From a bacterium (GTDB taxonomy: Bacteria; SZUA-182; DTGQ01; JAFGSM01): a stretch of DNA of 64,000 bases. Location: contig JBLIRN010000014.1 of NCBI GenBank assembly GCA_049472315.1, forward strand, positions 5,820 through 69,819, written 5' to 3'. The notes under the pieces were generated by a model. It made no database searches and was not told the DNA's origin. It was given only the letters and a program-made list of their open reading frames with translations. Below, piece after piece: positions 27,600 to 36,557 of the stretch. A program made the position numbers and the translations under genes. Every line of letters starts with the position of its first letter. Position 1 is the stretch's first letter.

Positions 27600-28019
27600 G
27601 TGGCGGTCGTTACACGAGAGCTTACCCTTAAGACAAAGGGGAACACAGACATCCTGGATATCACCCCCTCTGTTCGGGAGGAGGTGAAGGAGTCGGGCGT
27701 CAAGGATGGGGTTGCGGTCGTGTTTGTCCCCGGTTCCACTGCGGGTGTCACCACTATCGAGTATGAATCGGGGGTATTGCAGGACCTTTCCGAGGCCATT
27801 GAGCGAATGGCCCCCCGATCCATCCGCTATCACCATGACGCCCGGTGGGGTGACGGTAACGGATTTGCCCATGTCCGCGCGGCGCTCCTGGGCCCGTCCC
27901 TGACCATTCCCTTCAGCGACGGAAGGCTCCTTCTCGGCACATGGCAGCAGATCGTGATCATCGATTTCGACAATCGCCCCCGCCAGCGCACCATCCTGAT
28001 ACAGATCCTGGGCGAATAA
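27600..28019 (+). CDS. yjbQ: YjbQ/UPF0047 family (secondary thiamine-phosphate synthase enzyme)
   Basis: GTG start at 27600 with a perfect RBS GGAGGA 8 nt upstream. Family motifs GVAVVFVPGSTAGVTTIEYESG and RYHHDARWGDGNGFAHVRAALLGPS. Confidence 0.75.
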   Translation: MAVVTRELTLKTKGNTDILDITPSVREEVKESGVKDGVAVVFVPGSTAGVTTIEYESGVLQDLSEAIERMAPRSIRYHHDARWGDGNGFAHVRAALLGPSLTIPFSDGRLLLGTWQQIVIIDFDNRPRQRTILIQILGE

Positions 28020-28068
28020 CGAACCGACGGCCTGCTTTACCCATGTATGGCACCAAGGGGTTATAACA

Positions 28069-28677
28069 ATGACGAGAAGGATCGCGCAGGCGATTGCGGC
28101 CTCCCCACCCCCTGCCAAGCTTTTTATGGGGCTTATCCTTTCGCAACACAGCAGCCTCGACGAGATCGCCGCACGCCTTGCCGACCGCTTCGGTCCGATC
28201 GACGCCGAGAGCCCGGTGCACTCCTTCGATCATACCGGCTACTATTGCGAGGAAATGGGCCCGTACCTGAAGAGGAAATTTGTGTGTTTTCACACCCTGG
28301 TCCATGCAGACCATCTTGCAGACATAAAATGCCGCACCAACGAGATGGAGGCATTGATCGGCGAGATGAGGGGAAAAAGGCTCATGCGCAGGGTAAATAT
28401 GGATCCCGGCATCCTCACCCTTTCGAATGTCGTTCTGGCCACAACCAAGAACCACGCACACCGCATCTATCTCTCGCAGGGGATTTTTGCGGAGGTCACC
28501 CTGATCTATTCGAGGAGGGCGGGCTGGCAGCCGCTTGACTGGACATACCCGGACTACCGGACGCCCGTGGCCCTTGATTTCTTCAACACCGCTCGGGAAC
28601 GATATCACCGTCAGATAAGGGATCTCACCGGCACGGACGGATCGGGCAATCTTGACAAACACCAGGACCGGGATTAA
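28069..28677 (+). CDS. Hypothetical protein (possibly DUF4416 family)
   Basis: 202 aa. The N-terminus (PPPAKLFMGLILSQHSSLDEIAARLADRFGPID) matches my recollection of DUF4416 proteins from Geobacter-like genomes. Assigned from memory. Confidence 0.45.
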   Translation: MTRRIAQAIAASPPPAKLFMGLILSQHSSLDEIAARLADRFGPIDAESPVHSFDHTGYYCEEMGPYLKRKFVCFHTLVHADHLADIKCRTNEMEALIGEMRGKRLMRRVNMDPGILTLSNVVLATTKNHAHRIYLSQGIFAEVTLIYSRRAGWQPLDWTYPDYRTPVALDFFNTARERYHRQIRDLTGTDGSGNLDKHQDRD

Positions 28678-28753
28678 ACTGCTTTTTGAGAGTAATTCCA
28701 TGATGTTTTGCTGACTGCCCACCCTGCGCTGCAAGTAATATGGGATTATGCGG

Positions 28754-29029
28754 GAAAGGGGGATGCGCCCGTGTGCCTGCAGACGAGCACTACAGCCTGT
28801 GGGCAAGCTGAGGATTAGCACGCCAACCGAACTTTGTCAGAGCGGAGCGAGGCGAAGCTACTATAAAAAGGCTTCTTTTGAAAAGCTGAAAGGCTTGCTT
28901 CATTTCGAGCCCGAAGGGCGAGTTGAGGCGTGCCCGAAGCGAGCCTTATAGGCAAAGGTGACTGGAAGGAGCAATATAGCAGCTCCGATTCGCTCCGCCT
29001 CACGAAGTTTTTTTGGCGCATCCCCCTTC
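28754..29029. repeat. MITE-like repeat, copy B (276 bp; inverted orientation relative to copy A; TIR CGGGAAAGGGGGATGCGCC / GGCGCATCCCCCTTCCCGG)
   Basis: Shares termini and an internal core (gagcccgaagggcgagttgaggcgtgcccgaagcgagcc) with the reverse complement of copy A, plus two internal insertions. Ends 44 bp upstream of the ATG at 29073. Confidence 0.8.
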
Positions 29030-29072
29030 CCGGAGAATATTGAGCAGTCACATTTTTATTAAGAAGCCGGCT

Positions 29073-29798
29073 ATGCTCATCATTTCTCATAAAGCCCCGC
29101 TGTTCTTCTCGATCATGGGGATGCTGATCACCGTAATCCCACTGAGCGTATCCTGGGCCATGGGCACGGGGCGGTCCGCGCAGGACACCGCCCGTATCCC
29201 CCTTCCCTCCCCCGCCCTTACGGGCACGGTCTCGGTGGAAGAGGCGATCAAGGCGCGACGCACGCGCAGGAATTTTTCACCAGACCCCCTTTCCATGGAG
29301 GAATGGGGCCAGATCCTGTGGGCGGCCCAGGGCATCACCTCCGAGGGGGGTATGGGGATGAGGGCTGCCCCGTCAGCCGGGGCACTCTATCCCCTCGACA
29401 TCTATCTCATTGCCGGTGAGGGCGGCACCGGATCCTTGAGTGCCGGTGTGTACCACTACGAACCGCTGCAGCATGCCCTGATGCGCCTCTCATCCGAGGA
29501 TATGAGGAAGAAGGTTGCCGAGGCATCCCTCTATCAGGGCTGGATGGCCGAGGCACCCGGCATGATCCTCATAGCCGTCGAATATGCGAGAATAACCGGG
29601 AAATATAAAGAGCGGGGGATTCGCTATGCCCATTTCGAGGCGGGTCATGTGGCCCAGAACTGCTTCCTCCAGGCGGAATCCCTCGGCCTTCACGTGGGCA
29701 TTGTGGGTGCATTCGAGGATGAGACCATGAAGAAAATCCTCCCCCTCCCCAAGGGACATGAGCCCCTGCTTATTCTGCCAGTGGGGAGACCTCGATGA
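29073..29798 (+). CDS. SagB-type dehydrogenase / nitroreductase-superfamily protein with N-terminal signal or anchor
   Basis: Nitroreductase-fold motifs (RRTRRNFSPDPLSMEEWGQILWAAQG; AGALYPLDIYL; HFEAGHVAQNCFLQAESLGLHVGIVGAF). The start was moved to ATG 29073 because the upstream 60 nt belong to repeat B. Confidence 0.7.
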   Translation: MLIISHKAPLFFSIMGMLITVIPLSVSWAMGTGRSAQDTARIPLPSPALTGTVSVEEAIKARRTRRNFSPDPLSMEEWGQILWAAQGITSEGGMGMRAAPSAGALYPLDIYLIAGEGGTGSLSAGVYHYEPLQHALMRLSSEDMRKKVAEASLYQGWMAEAPGMILIAVEYARITGKYKERGIRYAHFEAGHVAQNCFLQAESLGLHVGIVGAFEDETMKKILPLPKGHEPLLILPVGRPR

Positions 29799-30694
29799 AG
29801 AGGAGTTTGAAACGGATCGGGATCGTATCCCTCCCTGACCCCCAAAGGGCCGGCCCCATGCTTTTGGAGATCATCGGGTGGCTTTCCACCCGGTCCTTTA
29901 CCATCTTTCTGGATACGAATACGGCACAGGTGGTGGGTGAAACGGTGCGGGCAGGGTTTTCCGTGTGCCGTATCGACGAGCTCCCCGGGGTCGCAGATAT
30001 CGTCCTGGTCCTGGGAGGGGATGGGACACTGCTGAGGGTCGCCCGTCACATAGGACACTCGGGCATTATCATGCTCGGCGTCAATCTCGGCAGCCTGGGC
30101 TTCTTAACGGATGTAAAGGCAGATGACGCCGTTGCCACCCTGGAGCAGGTCATCAACGGCAGATATACCCTTGACGAACGCATGGTGCTGCACGCAACGG
30201 TCAAGCAGTACGACGGAACCATCAAACAATCATCGTTTGCGCTCAATGACGTGGTCATCAACAGCGGGCCTCACAGCAGGCTCGTCAATCTCAGCATTTC
30301 GGTAGACGGCGCGTGGATCAACACATTCCTCTCCGACGGCCTGATCATTTCCACGCCCACCGGCTCCACCGCCTATTCACTCTCCGCCGGCGGACCTATC
30401 GTTCACCCGAAGCTCCACGCCATCCTCATCACCCCCATCTGTCCCCATATCCTCACCAACCGACCGATTGTCATCCCCGATGACGAAAGGATCGTGGTGG
30501 TGGTACAGGAAAAGGGGATCGGAAACGGCTCGGAGTGTCTCCTGTGCGCCGATGGTCAGGTGGTGACGGGATTAAAGCCGGGCGACACGGTCCAGGTCAC
30601 CAAGGCTGCGCATACGATCAAGCTCATTCAGCCGGAAGGGACCGATTACTACCACGTGCTCAGAACAAAGCTGAAGTGGGGGGAAAGGGGATAG
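29795..30694 (+). CDS. nadK: NAD(+) kinase
   Basis: GGDGT motif (VLVLGGDGTLLRVA), NE/D short motif and the conserved C-terminal region (GSTAYSLSAGGPIVHP). Confidence 0.9.
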   Translation: MKRSLKRIGIVSLPDPQRAGPMLLEIIGWLSTRSFTIFLDTNTAQVVGETVRAGFSVCRIDELPGVADIVLVLGGDGTLLRVARHIGHSGIIMLGVNLGSLGFLTDVKADDAVATLEQVINGRYTLDERMVLHATVKQYDGTIKQSSFALNDVVINSGPHSRLVNLSISVDGAWINTFLSDGLIISTPTGSTAYSLSAGGPIVHPKLHAILITPICPHILTNRPIVIPDDERIVVVVQEKGIGNGSECLLCADGQVVTGLKPGDTVQVTKAAHTIKLIQPEGTDYYHVLRTKLKWGERG

Positions 30695-30699
30695 CATTT

Positions 30700-32403
30700 G
30701 TGCTCAAGGAACTCCATATCAGGAACTTTGCCCTCATCGACCAACTCTCCATCAGTTTCGATCCCCACCTGAACATCCTCACCGGGGAGACCGGGGCGGG
30801 AAAGACCATCCTGATCAATGCCCTCAATCTTCTCCTCGGAGGACGTGCCTCAACGGATTTCATACGCACCGGAGAGGAATCGGCTGAGGTGGAGGCCGCC
30901 TTCCGTCTCGACGAGGGGCATCCGGTCCACGCCTGCCTTGAATCGGCGGGATGTCCCTGCGCCCCTGAGGACGACCTGATCATCAGGCGGATCATCTTTC
31001 GCTCGGAAAAGGCCAACCGGTGCTATGTGAACGGCCACATGGTTCCGGTGTCCCTCCTGGATGCCATCGGTTCATGGCTGGTGGATATCCACGGACAACA
31101 TGAACATCAGATCCTGCTCAATCCGTCACGCCACCTGGATATCCTGGACCGCTTCGGCAATCTCGAGGGGGACGTGATGCAGGTGAGCGATTCCTTTCAT
31201 GCCTACCAGGCATCACGCAACACATGGGAGGAACTGGTGCGTCGGCGGGAAGAGAGCGCGCGGGAGCGGGAAATCCTCGCCTTCCAGCGAAAGGAGCTCG
31301 AAGTCGCCCGCCTGGTGCCGGGTGAGGAGGAAGAACTCCTCGGCGAGCAGAATATCCTGGCTCATGCAGTCAAGATCCGTGAGCTGACCTCCTCCCTTCT
31401 CAACACCCTGTATCAGTCCGAGGGATCGGTCACCGAGACACTGGGTGATGCCCTGGGAAGATTTCAGTCGCTTTCCTCCCTTGATCTCCGTTTTCGCCCC
31501 ATGGAAGAGACCCTGAACGGCGTACTCATACAGATCGAGGATATCACCCACCAGCTCATGGAATATGAATCCAAACAGGATTTCAGTCCCGATCATCTCG
31601 AACGGGTGCAGGAGCGACTGGATTGTATCAGCAGATTGAAAAAGAAATACCAGCGGACCTTTGAGGAATTGATCGGACTTCGGAACACGATGGAGGAACG
31701 ATGGGAATTGCTCGAGAACTATGAGGAGAGAATTCGGAACGCCGAGGATGCGATGCATGAACGCTGGCAGGACCTGCGCCGGCATGCACTCGATGTGTCG
31801 GAAAAGAGGCGCCGGGTGGCAAGGCGGATCGAGCAGGGTATTGAGGCGCAGTTGAATGATCTTGCCTTGGGGCAGGCACGGTTTGTGGTGTCACATTCCC
31901 ATCCCCCGGTCTCCGATCAGGGTCCCCCGAAAAACATGACCGCGCGGGGCTTCGACGAGATCGAATTCCTCTTTTCCGCAAATCCCGGGGAGGATCCCAG
32001 GCCCTTGGCACGAATTGCCTCAGGCGGGGAGATATCACGGGTGATGCTCGGATTCAAGTCATGTCTTGCCATGGCCGACCAGGTGCTCACGTTGGTGTTC
32101 GATGAGATCGATACCGGCATCGGCGGGAGCGCCGCAGTGAAGGTTGGTCAGAAGATGAAAGACCTCGCCTCCAAACGCCAGATCATCTGCATCACCCATT
32201 TGCCCCAGATTGCGAGCAACGCATCCACCCATTTTCTGGTATCGAAGCGGGTCGAAAGGGGAAGGACGCTCACCGAGGTAACCCCTCTCTCCACCGGGGA
32301 ACGGATACGAGAGCTTGCGAAGATGATCGCAGGCGACAGCCAGTCCGAAACCGCCCTGCGGCATGCCTCCGAAATACTGGAAAAATCAGGGACAACTCTA
32401 TAA
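30700..32403 (+). CDS. recN: DNA repair protein RecN
   Basis: GTG start 6 nt after the nadK stop. Walker A GETGAGKT, long coiled-coil middle, and C-terminal ABC signature/Walker B (SGGEISRVMLGF; LVFDEIDTGIGG). The nadK-recN pairing is a conserved arrangement. Confidence 0.9.
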   Translation: MLKELHIRNFALIDQLSISFDPHLNILTGETGAGKTILINALNLLLGGRASTDFIRTGEESAEVEAAFRLDEGHPVHACLESAGCPCAPEDDLIIRRIIFRSEKANRCYVNGHMVPVSLLDAIGSWLVDIHGQHEHQILLNPSRHLDILDRFGNLEGDVMQVSDSFHAYQASRNTWEELVRRREESAREREILAFQRKELEVARLVPGEEEELLGEQNILAHAVKIRELTSSLLNTLYQSEGSVTETLGDALGRFQSLSSLDLRFRPMEETLNGVLIQIEDITHQLMEYESKQDFSPDHLERVQERLDCISRLKKKYQRTFEELIGLRNTMEERWELLENYEERIRNAEDAMHERWQDLRRHALDVSEKRRRVARRIEQGIEAQLNDLALGQARFVVSHSHPPVSDQGPPKNMTARGFDEIEFLFSANPGEDPRPLARIASGGEISRVMLGFKSCLAMADQVLTLVFDEIDTGIGGSAAVKVGQKMKDLASKRQIICITHLPQIASNASTHFLVSKRVERGRTLTEVTPLSTGERIRELAKMIAGDSQSETALRHASEILEKSGTTL

Positions 32404-32619
32404 CACTCATCATTGTTGATATTTGACGTATCTTCGATCATAATAGGGTATGTAGTTCCTATAGAGTAAGTTATTTAATTACTTAACAATATATGTTACT
32501 ATGTAATCATTCAATATTCTCAATGCGGCGCCGCTCGCTGCGCGTATTGAATCGATGTGAGCGGATGGAGGTCCCGCCGCCGGGTCTATAGAGCAGAGGG
32601 CAAAAAAGGAGCCATTTTC

Positions 32620-34509
32620 ATGAGAGGCAAGATTCTTGAGAAGGACCACTTCACCAAGGAGAATACAGTGAACCGCCTGCATAAGGGGATCGGGATCGCG
32701 CCCCGGCTCTATTTCGTTATCCTCGCCCTGCTCGCCTTCATGCTGGTCAGCGGGATGGTGGTGTACCGTCAGAACAGGAACGTGCATGACGCCTTTAAAA
32801 AGATCCTCAACGAGATCCCCCACGAGCGCGCCATCTATGATGCACAGACCGCCATCACCGACTATATCATGCCTGCGAATGACTACCTGATCACCGGTGA
32901 TCCCGTGGAGCGGGAGAACAGTATCAATCTCGAGAAAAAGGTGGGGAAGGCGTTGGATCACTGCTACATGCTTGCGCGGGAAGATGAAAGGCACCTCATG
33001 GAACTCGTGGAGAGTGACTTTCAAAAGATCAAGCGGCTTTCGGACGATATTTTCTCCTTCAATGCGGTCTCCGACCGTAAATTGGCCGGCGAGATCATGA
33101 AAAGGATGGATAAGCTTGCCATCGATTCGCGTGATCATATCAGGGAGCTTTTGAGGATGCACGATCTGCATATGGCCTCCGCCCGCATGGCGGCAGAGCA
33201 GGCCTGGGATCGGTCCCACCGGTGGATGTTTGGGATATTCGTCCTGGCGGTGGTATTCGGCCTCACCCTTATCACCTATATCTCCACGTCCATCCTGCGT
33301 CCCTTGCGGATACTGGATACCTCGGCAATCAGGATCGCCGCCGGCGACCTGTCCGAGCTGCTGGTGATCGAGCGAAAGGGGGAACTGACCAGCCTGGCCG
33401 AGTCATTCAACCAGATGATCATCTCCCTGCGCCATCAGGTCGAAACCAGCAAAACGATCCTCAATGCCATCGCCGATCCGGTATTCACGGTTGACAACAA
33501 CATGACCATCACCTACTTCAGCAAGGCATGTGAACGTCTCACCGGGTATACAGCCAAGGACGCCCTCGGCAGGAAATGCCGGGAGATCTTCAAGAGCAAT
33601 ATCTGCGAAGACCTCTGTGCCATAAAGAGGTCGGCACGGGAGGACCGGCCGATCCTGAACGTGGAGATCGAGACAAAGGACAAGGTAGGCGACACCATGC
33701 CCATTATGGCCAGCGCATCCTGCCTCAAGGACTGGAAGGGAAACATCATGGGCGGGTGCGAGGTGTTTCGGGACATATCGGACTGGAAAAGGATGACCAG
33801 GGAGTTGAAGGAGACGGAGCAGCAGCTCATCCTCTCCGAAAAACTCGCCGTGCTGGGCCGTCTTGCATCATCGGTTGGGCACGAGCTGCGGAATCCGCTC
33901 GCGGTCATACAAAATTCCGCCTACTACCTCAAGAGCAAGGTGGGATCGGATCAATCCAAGCTCTTGAAGCACCTTGAGATCATTGAAAACGAGATAGAAA
34001 GCTCGAACAAGATCATCGGGGATCTCCTGGGGTTTTCGCGACGCAAGAAGCCGGACCTTGCCCCCCTCGACCTGAATGCGACCATCGACTCCTCGCTTCA
34101 CCGGATTCGGGTGCGGGAGGACATCACCGTTGAACGAAACCTGGATGCAAGCCTGCCCCCCATTATGGGAGACAAGGACCAGATCCATCAGGTCCTGGTG
34201 AATCTCATCTACAATGCCGAACACGCGATGGGAAAGTCGAGCGGCCAGATCACCATCACCACGCAGAAAAAGGGAAACACGGTGGAACTGAGCGTTTCCG
34301 ATACCGGGTGCGGCATACCGGAGGAGGATCTGGATAAGCTCTTTGATCCCTTCTTCACCACGAAGGCCAAAGGGATCGGTCTCGGGTTGGCGATCACGAA
34401 GTCCATCATAGAGCATCTCAGCGGGAGGATAGACGTGGAATCAACCATGGGCAAGGGCACGACCTTCACCATCACCTTTACTATGGAGCCGGTTGAAGAC
34501 CTGGCATGA
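32620..34509 (+). CDS. Sensor histidine kinase (TM sensor, HAMP, PAS, HisKA, HATPase_c)
   Basis: Start ATG 32620 with RBS AAGGAG. H-box SSVGHELRNPL and the HATPase N, G1 and G2 boxes (NLIYNAEHAM; DTGCGIPEE; GIGLGLAITKSII). Confidence 0.85.
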   Translation: MRGKILEKDHFTKENTVNRLHKGIGIAPRLYFVILALLAFMLVSGMVVYRQNRNVHDAFKKILNEIPHERAIYDAQTAITDYIMPANDYLITGDPVERENSINLEKKVGKALDHCYMLAREDERHLMELVESDFQKIKRLSDDIFSFNAVSDRKLAGEIMKRMDKLAIDSRDHIRELLRMHDLHMASARMAAEQAWDRSHRWMFGIFVLAVVFGLTLITYISTSILRPLRILDTSAIRIAAGDLSELLVIERKGELTSLAESFNQMIISLRHQVETSKTILNAIADPVFTVDNNMTITYFSKACERLTGYTAKDALGRKCREIFKSNICEDLCAIKRSAREDRPILNVEIETKDKVGDTMPIMASASCLKDWKGNIMGGCEVFRDISDWKRMTRELKETEQQLILSEKLAVLGRLASSVGHELRNPLAVIQNSAYYLKSKVGSDQSKLLKHLEIIENEIESSNKIIGDLLGFSRRKKPDLAPLDLNATIDSSLHRIRVREDITVERNLDASLPPIMGDKDQIHQVLVNLIYNAEHAMGKSSGQITITTQKKGNTVELSVSDTGCGIPEEDLDKLFDPFFTTKAKGIGLGLAITKSIIEHLSGRIDVESTMGKGTTFTITFTMEPVEDLA

Positions 34510-34518
34510 AACAATGCG

Positions 34519-34947
34519 GTGCTATCCATGAAAGGAAACAACGAGGTAAAGATCCTGGTCGTGGACGACCAACCCGGCATGTGTGAAACCCTCCTGGATA
34601 TACTGGAGGACGTCGGCTATAACGTGGAGTCCGCTCAGGATGGGTCCGCCGCCATTGAAATGAACAGACGGGCGACCTTCGACATCATCCTGATGGACAT
34701 CATCATGCCGGGGATCAACGGGGTGGATGCATTGAAGCTCATCAAGCAGATAAACCCGGATACCACCGTTATCCTTATGACCGCCTATACTGCACCCGAC
34801 TTGATCATGGAAGCCCAGAAGGCGGGGGTGTATGAATGTCTCACCAAGCCCTTCAAGCCTTCACGACTTCTGGATATCATCACCAGGCTGTGCCAGGAAC
34901 GAAAGGTCATGCTTGGCATGAGAGGAAAAAAGGGCCATGCGGAATAA
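34519..34947 (+). CDS. Response regulator receiver (single domain)
   Basis: ILVVDDQPGM, DIILMDIIMPGINGVD and TKPFKP motifs. Confidence 0.85.
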   Translation: MLSMKGNNEVKILVVDDQPGMCETLLDILEDVGYNVESAQDGSAAIEMNRRATFDIILMDIIMPGINGVDALKLIKQINPDTTVILMTAYTAPDLIMEAQKAGVYECLTKPFKPSRLLDIITRLCQERKVMLGMRGKKGHAE

Positions 34948-36553
34948 CAACAACGCGATATTGGTCATCGATGATGAACTGGGCATGCGGGAGACGCTCA
35001 CCGATATCCTCCAGGACGAGGGGTATGATGTCTCCACCGCGGAAAACGGCACTGATGCCATCACCGCGGTACAAAAACGCTTCTTCAATGTGGTGTTCAT
35101 CGACATCAATCTTCCGGATATCAGCGGTCTTGACGTATTGAAGACAATCAAAAAAATCACTACCGACACCTATCCGATCATGCTCACCGCATCCGCCACC
35201 ATCGAGAATTCCATAAAGGCGCTCAATCAGGGGGCCTATGCCTATATCGTCAAGCCCTTCGATGTCAAGACCATCAAGGAAACCATCCAGCGTGCCATTG
35301 CCGAGCAGAGGCTGGTGCTCGAGAACAAGCGGCTCCTCCAGGAATTGAAGACCTCCAACAAGGCGCTCTTACAGGCAAAGACAGAGGTCGATACCATGAA
35401 CAGGGAGCTTGAGTCCAAGATCCGTCAGCGGACCAAGCAGCTCAGGGAGCAGATGACCTGGACGGAGACCATCATCGACAGTCTGGCCGATGGACTGTGC
35501 ACCGTGGACAAGCGATGGAAGATCACCCTGTTCAATCGGCAGGCGGAGCTGATTACCGGATACAAGGCTGAAGAAGTACTGGGAAAGGATCACACGGAGA
35601 TCTTTCAAAGCATGTGCCACGACTGCACGAAGCTTATCGAAAAGACCATTCGAAAGGGCGAACGGGTATCCGGGCTGGAGATCTATATAGAGGACAAGAA
35701 CGGACGCCTGATCCCCCTCCTGGTCAGCGCAGCCCCCATCCGGGGCAAGAACAGGGAGATACTGGGCGCGGTGCAGAACTTCAGGGATATCACCGATCAC
35801 AAGCAATTGCAGGAGCAGCTCATTCAGGCCTCCAAGCTGGCGTCGATGGGCGAGCTTTTGGCCAATTTCACCCACGAGATCAAGAATCCCTTGAACGGCA
35901 TGATACTCTTCGCCACACTCATCAAGGCAGAGGCCGCACCCAACAGCGAGATCTTCAACTATGCCGAGAGGATACTCGAGGAAGGGACCAGGATCGGAAG
36001 GATCGCAGGGGACGTTCTGACCTTTTCACGACAGAACATCCAGGAATACAACTACGAGAACATCATCCCCATCGTCGAGTCCACCCTTTCCTTGACCGAA
36101 CAACAATTGAACCTGGACGGAATCCAGGTGGAGCGGGATTTCGATGACTCCCTTCCCCGGCTGAAGGTGAACATCGGCCGTATCCAGCAGGTGCTCCTCA
36201 ACATGATCAACAATGCCCAGTTCAGCCTGAACAAGCGGTTCGGCCAGTTCGACAGCAAGGGGAGAAAGAAGATCAAGCTCTCGGTACACAATATGACCGT
36301 CGACGACAAGCCATGGGTCCAGATCCGGATCGAGGACAACGGTATGGGGATCAGTCAGAAGAACATGAAGCGGATATTCGATCCCTTCTTCACCACCAAA
36401 CCCGTCGGTCAGGGCACCGGCCTGGGCTTGAGCGTGAGCTATGGCATCATCAAGGACCATCATGGAGAGATAGGTGTTCAAAGCCAGGAAAAAAAAATTA
36501 CAAGATTTATCATCGATCTGCCAGCCTTCGAAACCGAGGCCGTCACCCCATAA
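34937..36553 (+). CDS. Hybrid REC-PAS-histidine kinase
   Basis: N-terminal REC (ILVIDDELGM; VFIDINLPDISG), PAS, H-box FTHEIKNPLN and HATPase (DNGMGISQKNMKRIFDPFFTTK; GTGLGLSVS). Confidence 0.85.
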   Translation: MRNNNNAILVIDDELGMRETLTDILQDEGYDVSTAENGTDAITAVQKRFFNVVFIDINLPDISGLDVLKTIKKITTDTYPIMLTASATIENSIKALNQGAYAYIVKPFDVKTIKETIQRAIAEQRLVLENKRLLQELKTSNKALLQAKTEVDTMNRELESKIRQRTKQLREQMTWTETIIDSLADGLCTVDKRWKITLFNRQAELITGYKAEEVLGKDHTEIFQSMCHDCTKLIEKTIRKGERVSGLEIYIEDKNGRLIPLLVSAAPIRGKNREILGAVQNFRDITDHKQLQEQLIQASKLASMGELLANFTHEIKNPLNGMILFATLIKAEAAPNSEIFNYAERILEEGTRIGRIAGDVLTFSRQNIQEYNYENIIPIVESTLSLTEQQLNLDGIQVERDFDDSLPRLKVNIGRIQQVLLNMINNAQFSLNKRFGQFDSKGRKKIKLSVHNMTVDDKPWVQIRIEDNGMGISQKNMKRIFDPFFTTKPVGQGTGLGLSVSYGIIKDHHGEIGVQSQEKKITRFIIDLPAFETEAVTP

Positions 36554-36557
36554 AACA

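Noticed and set aside
29073-29798. Considered a thiazole/oxazole-modified peptide (TOMM/RiPP) cluster because of the SagB-type dehydrogenase.
   Set aside because: No YcaO cyclodehydratase, E1-like partner or small precursor peptide ORF is nearby. Neighbours are nadK/recN and a DUF4416-like gene. It is more likely a stand-alone nitroreductase-family protein.
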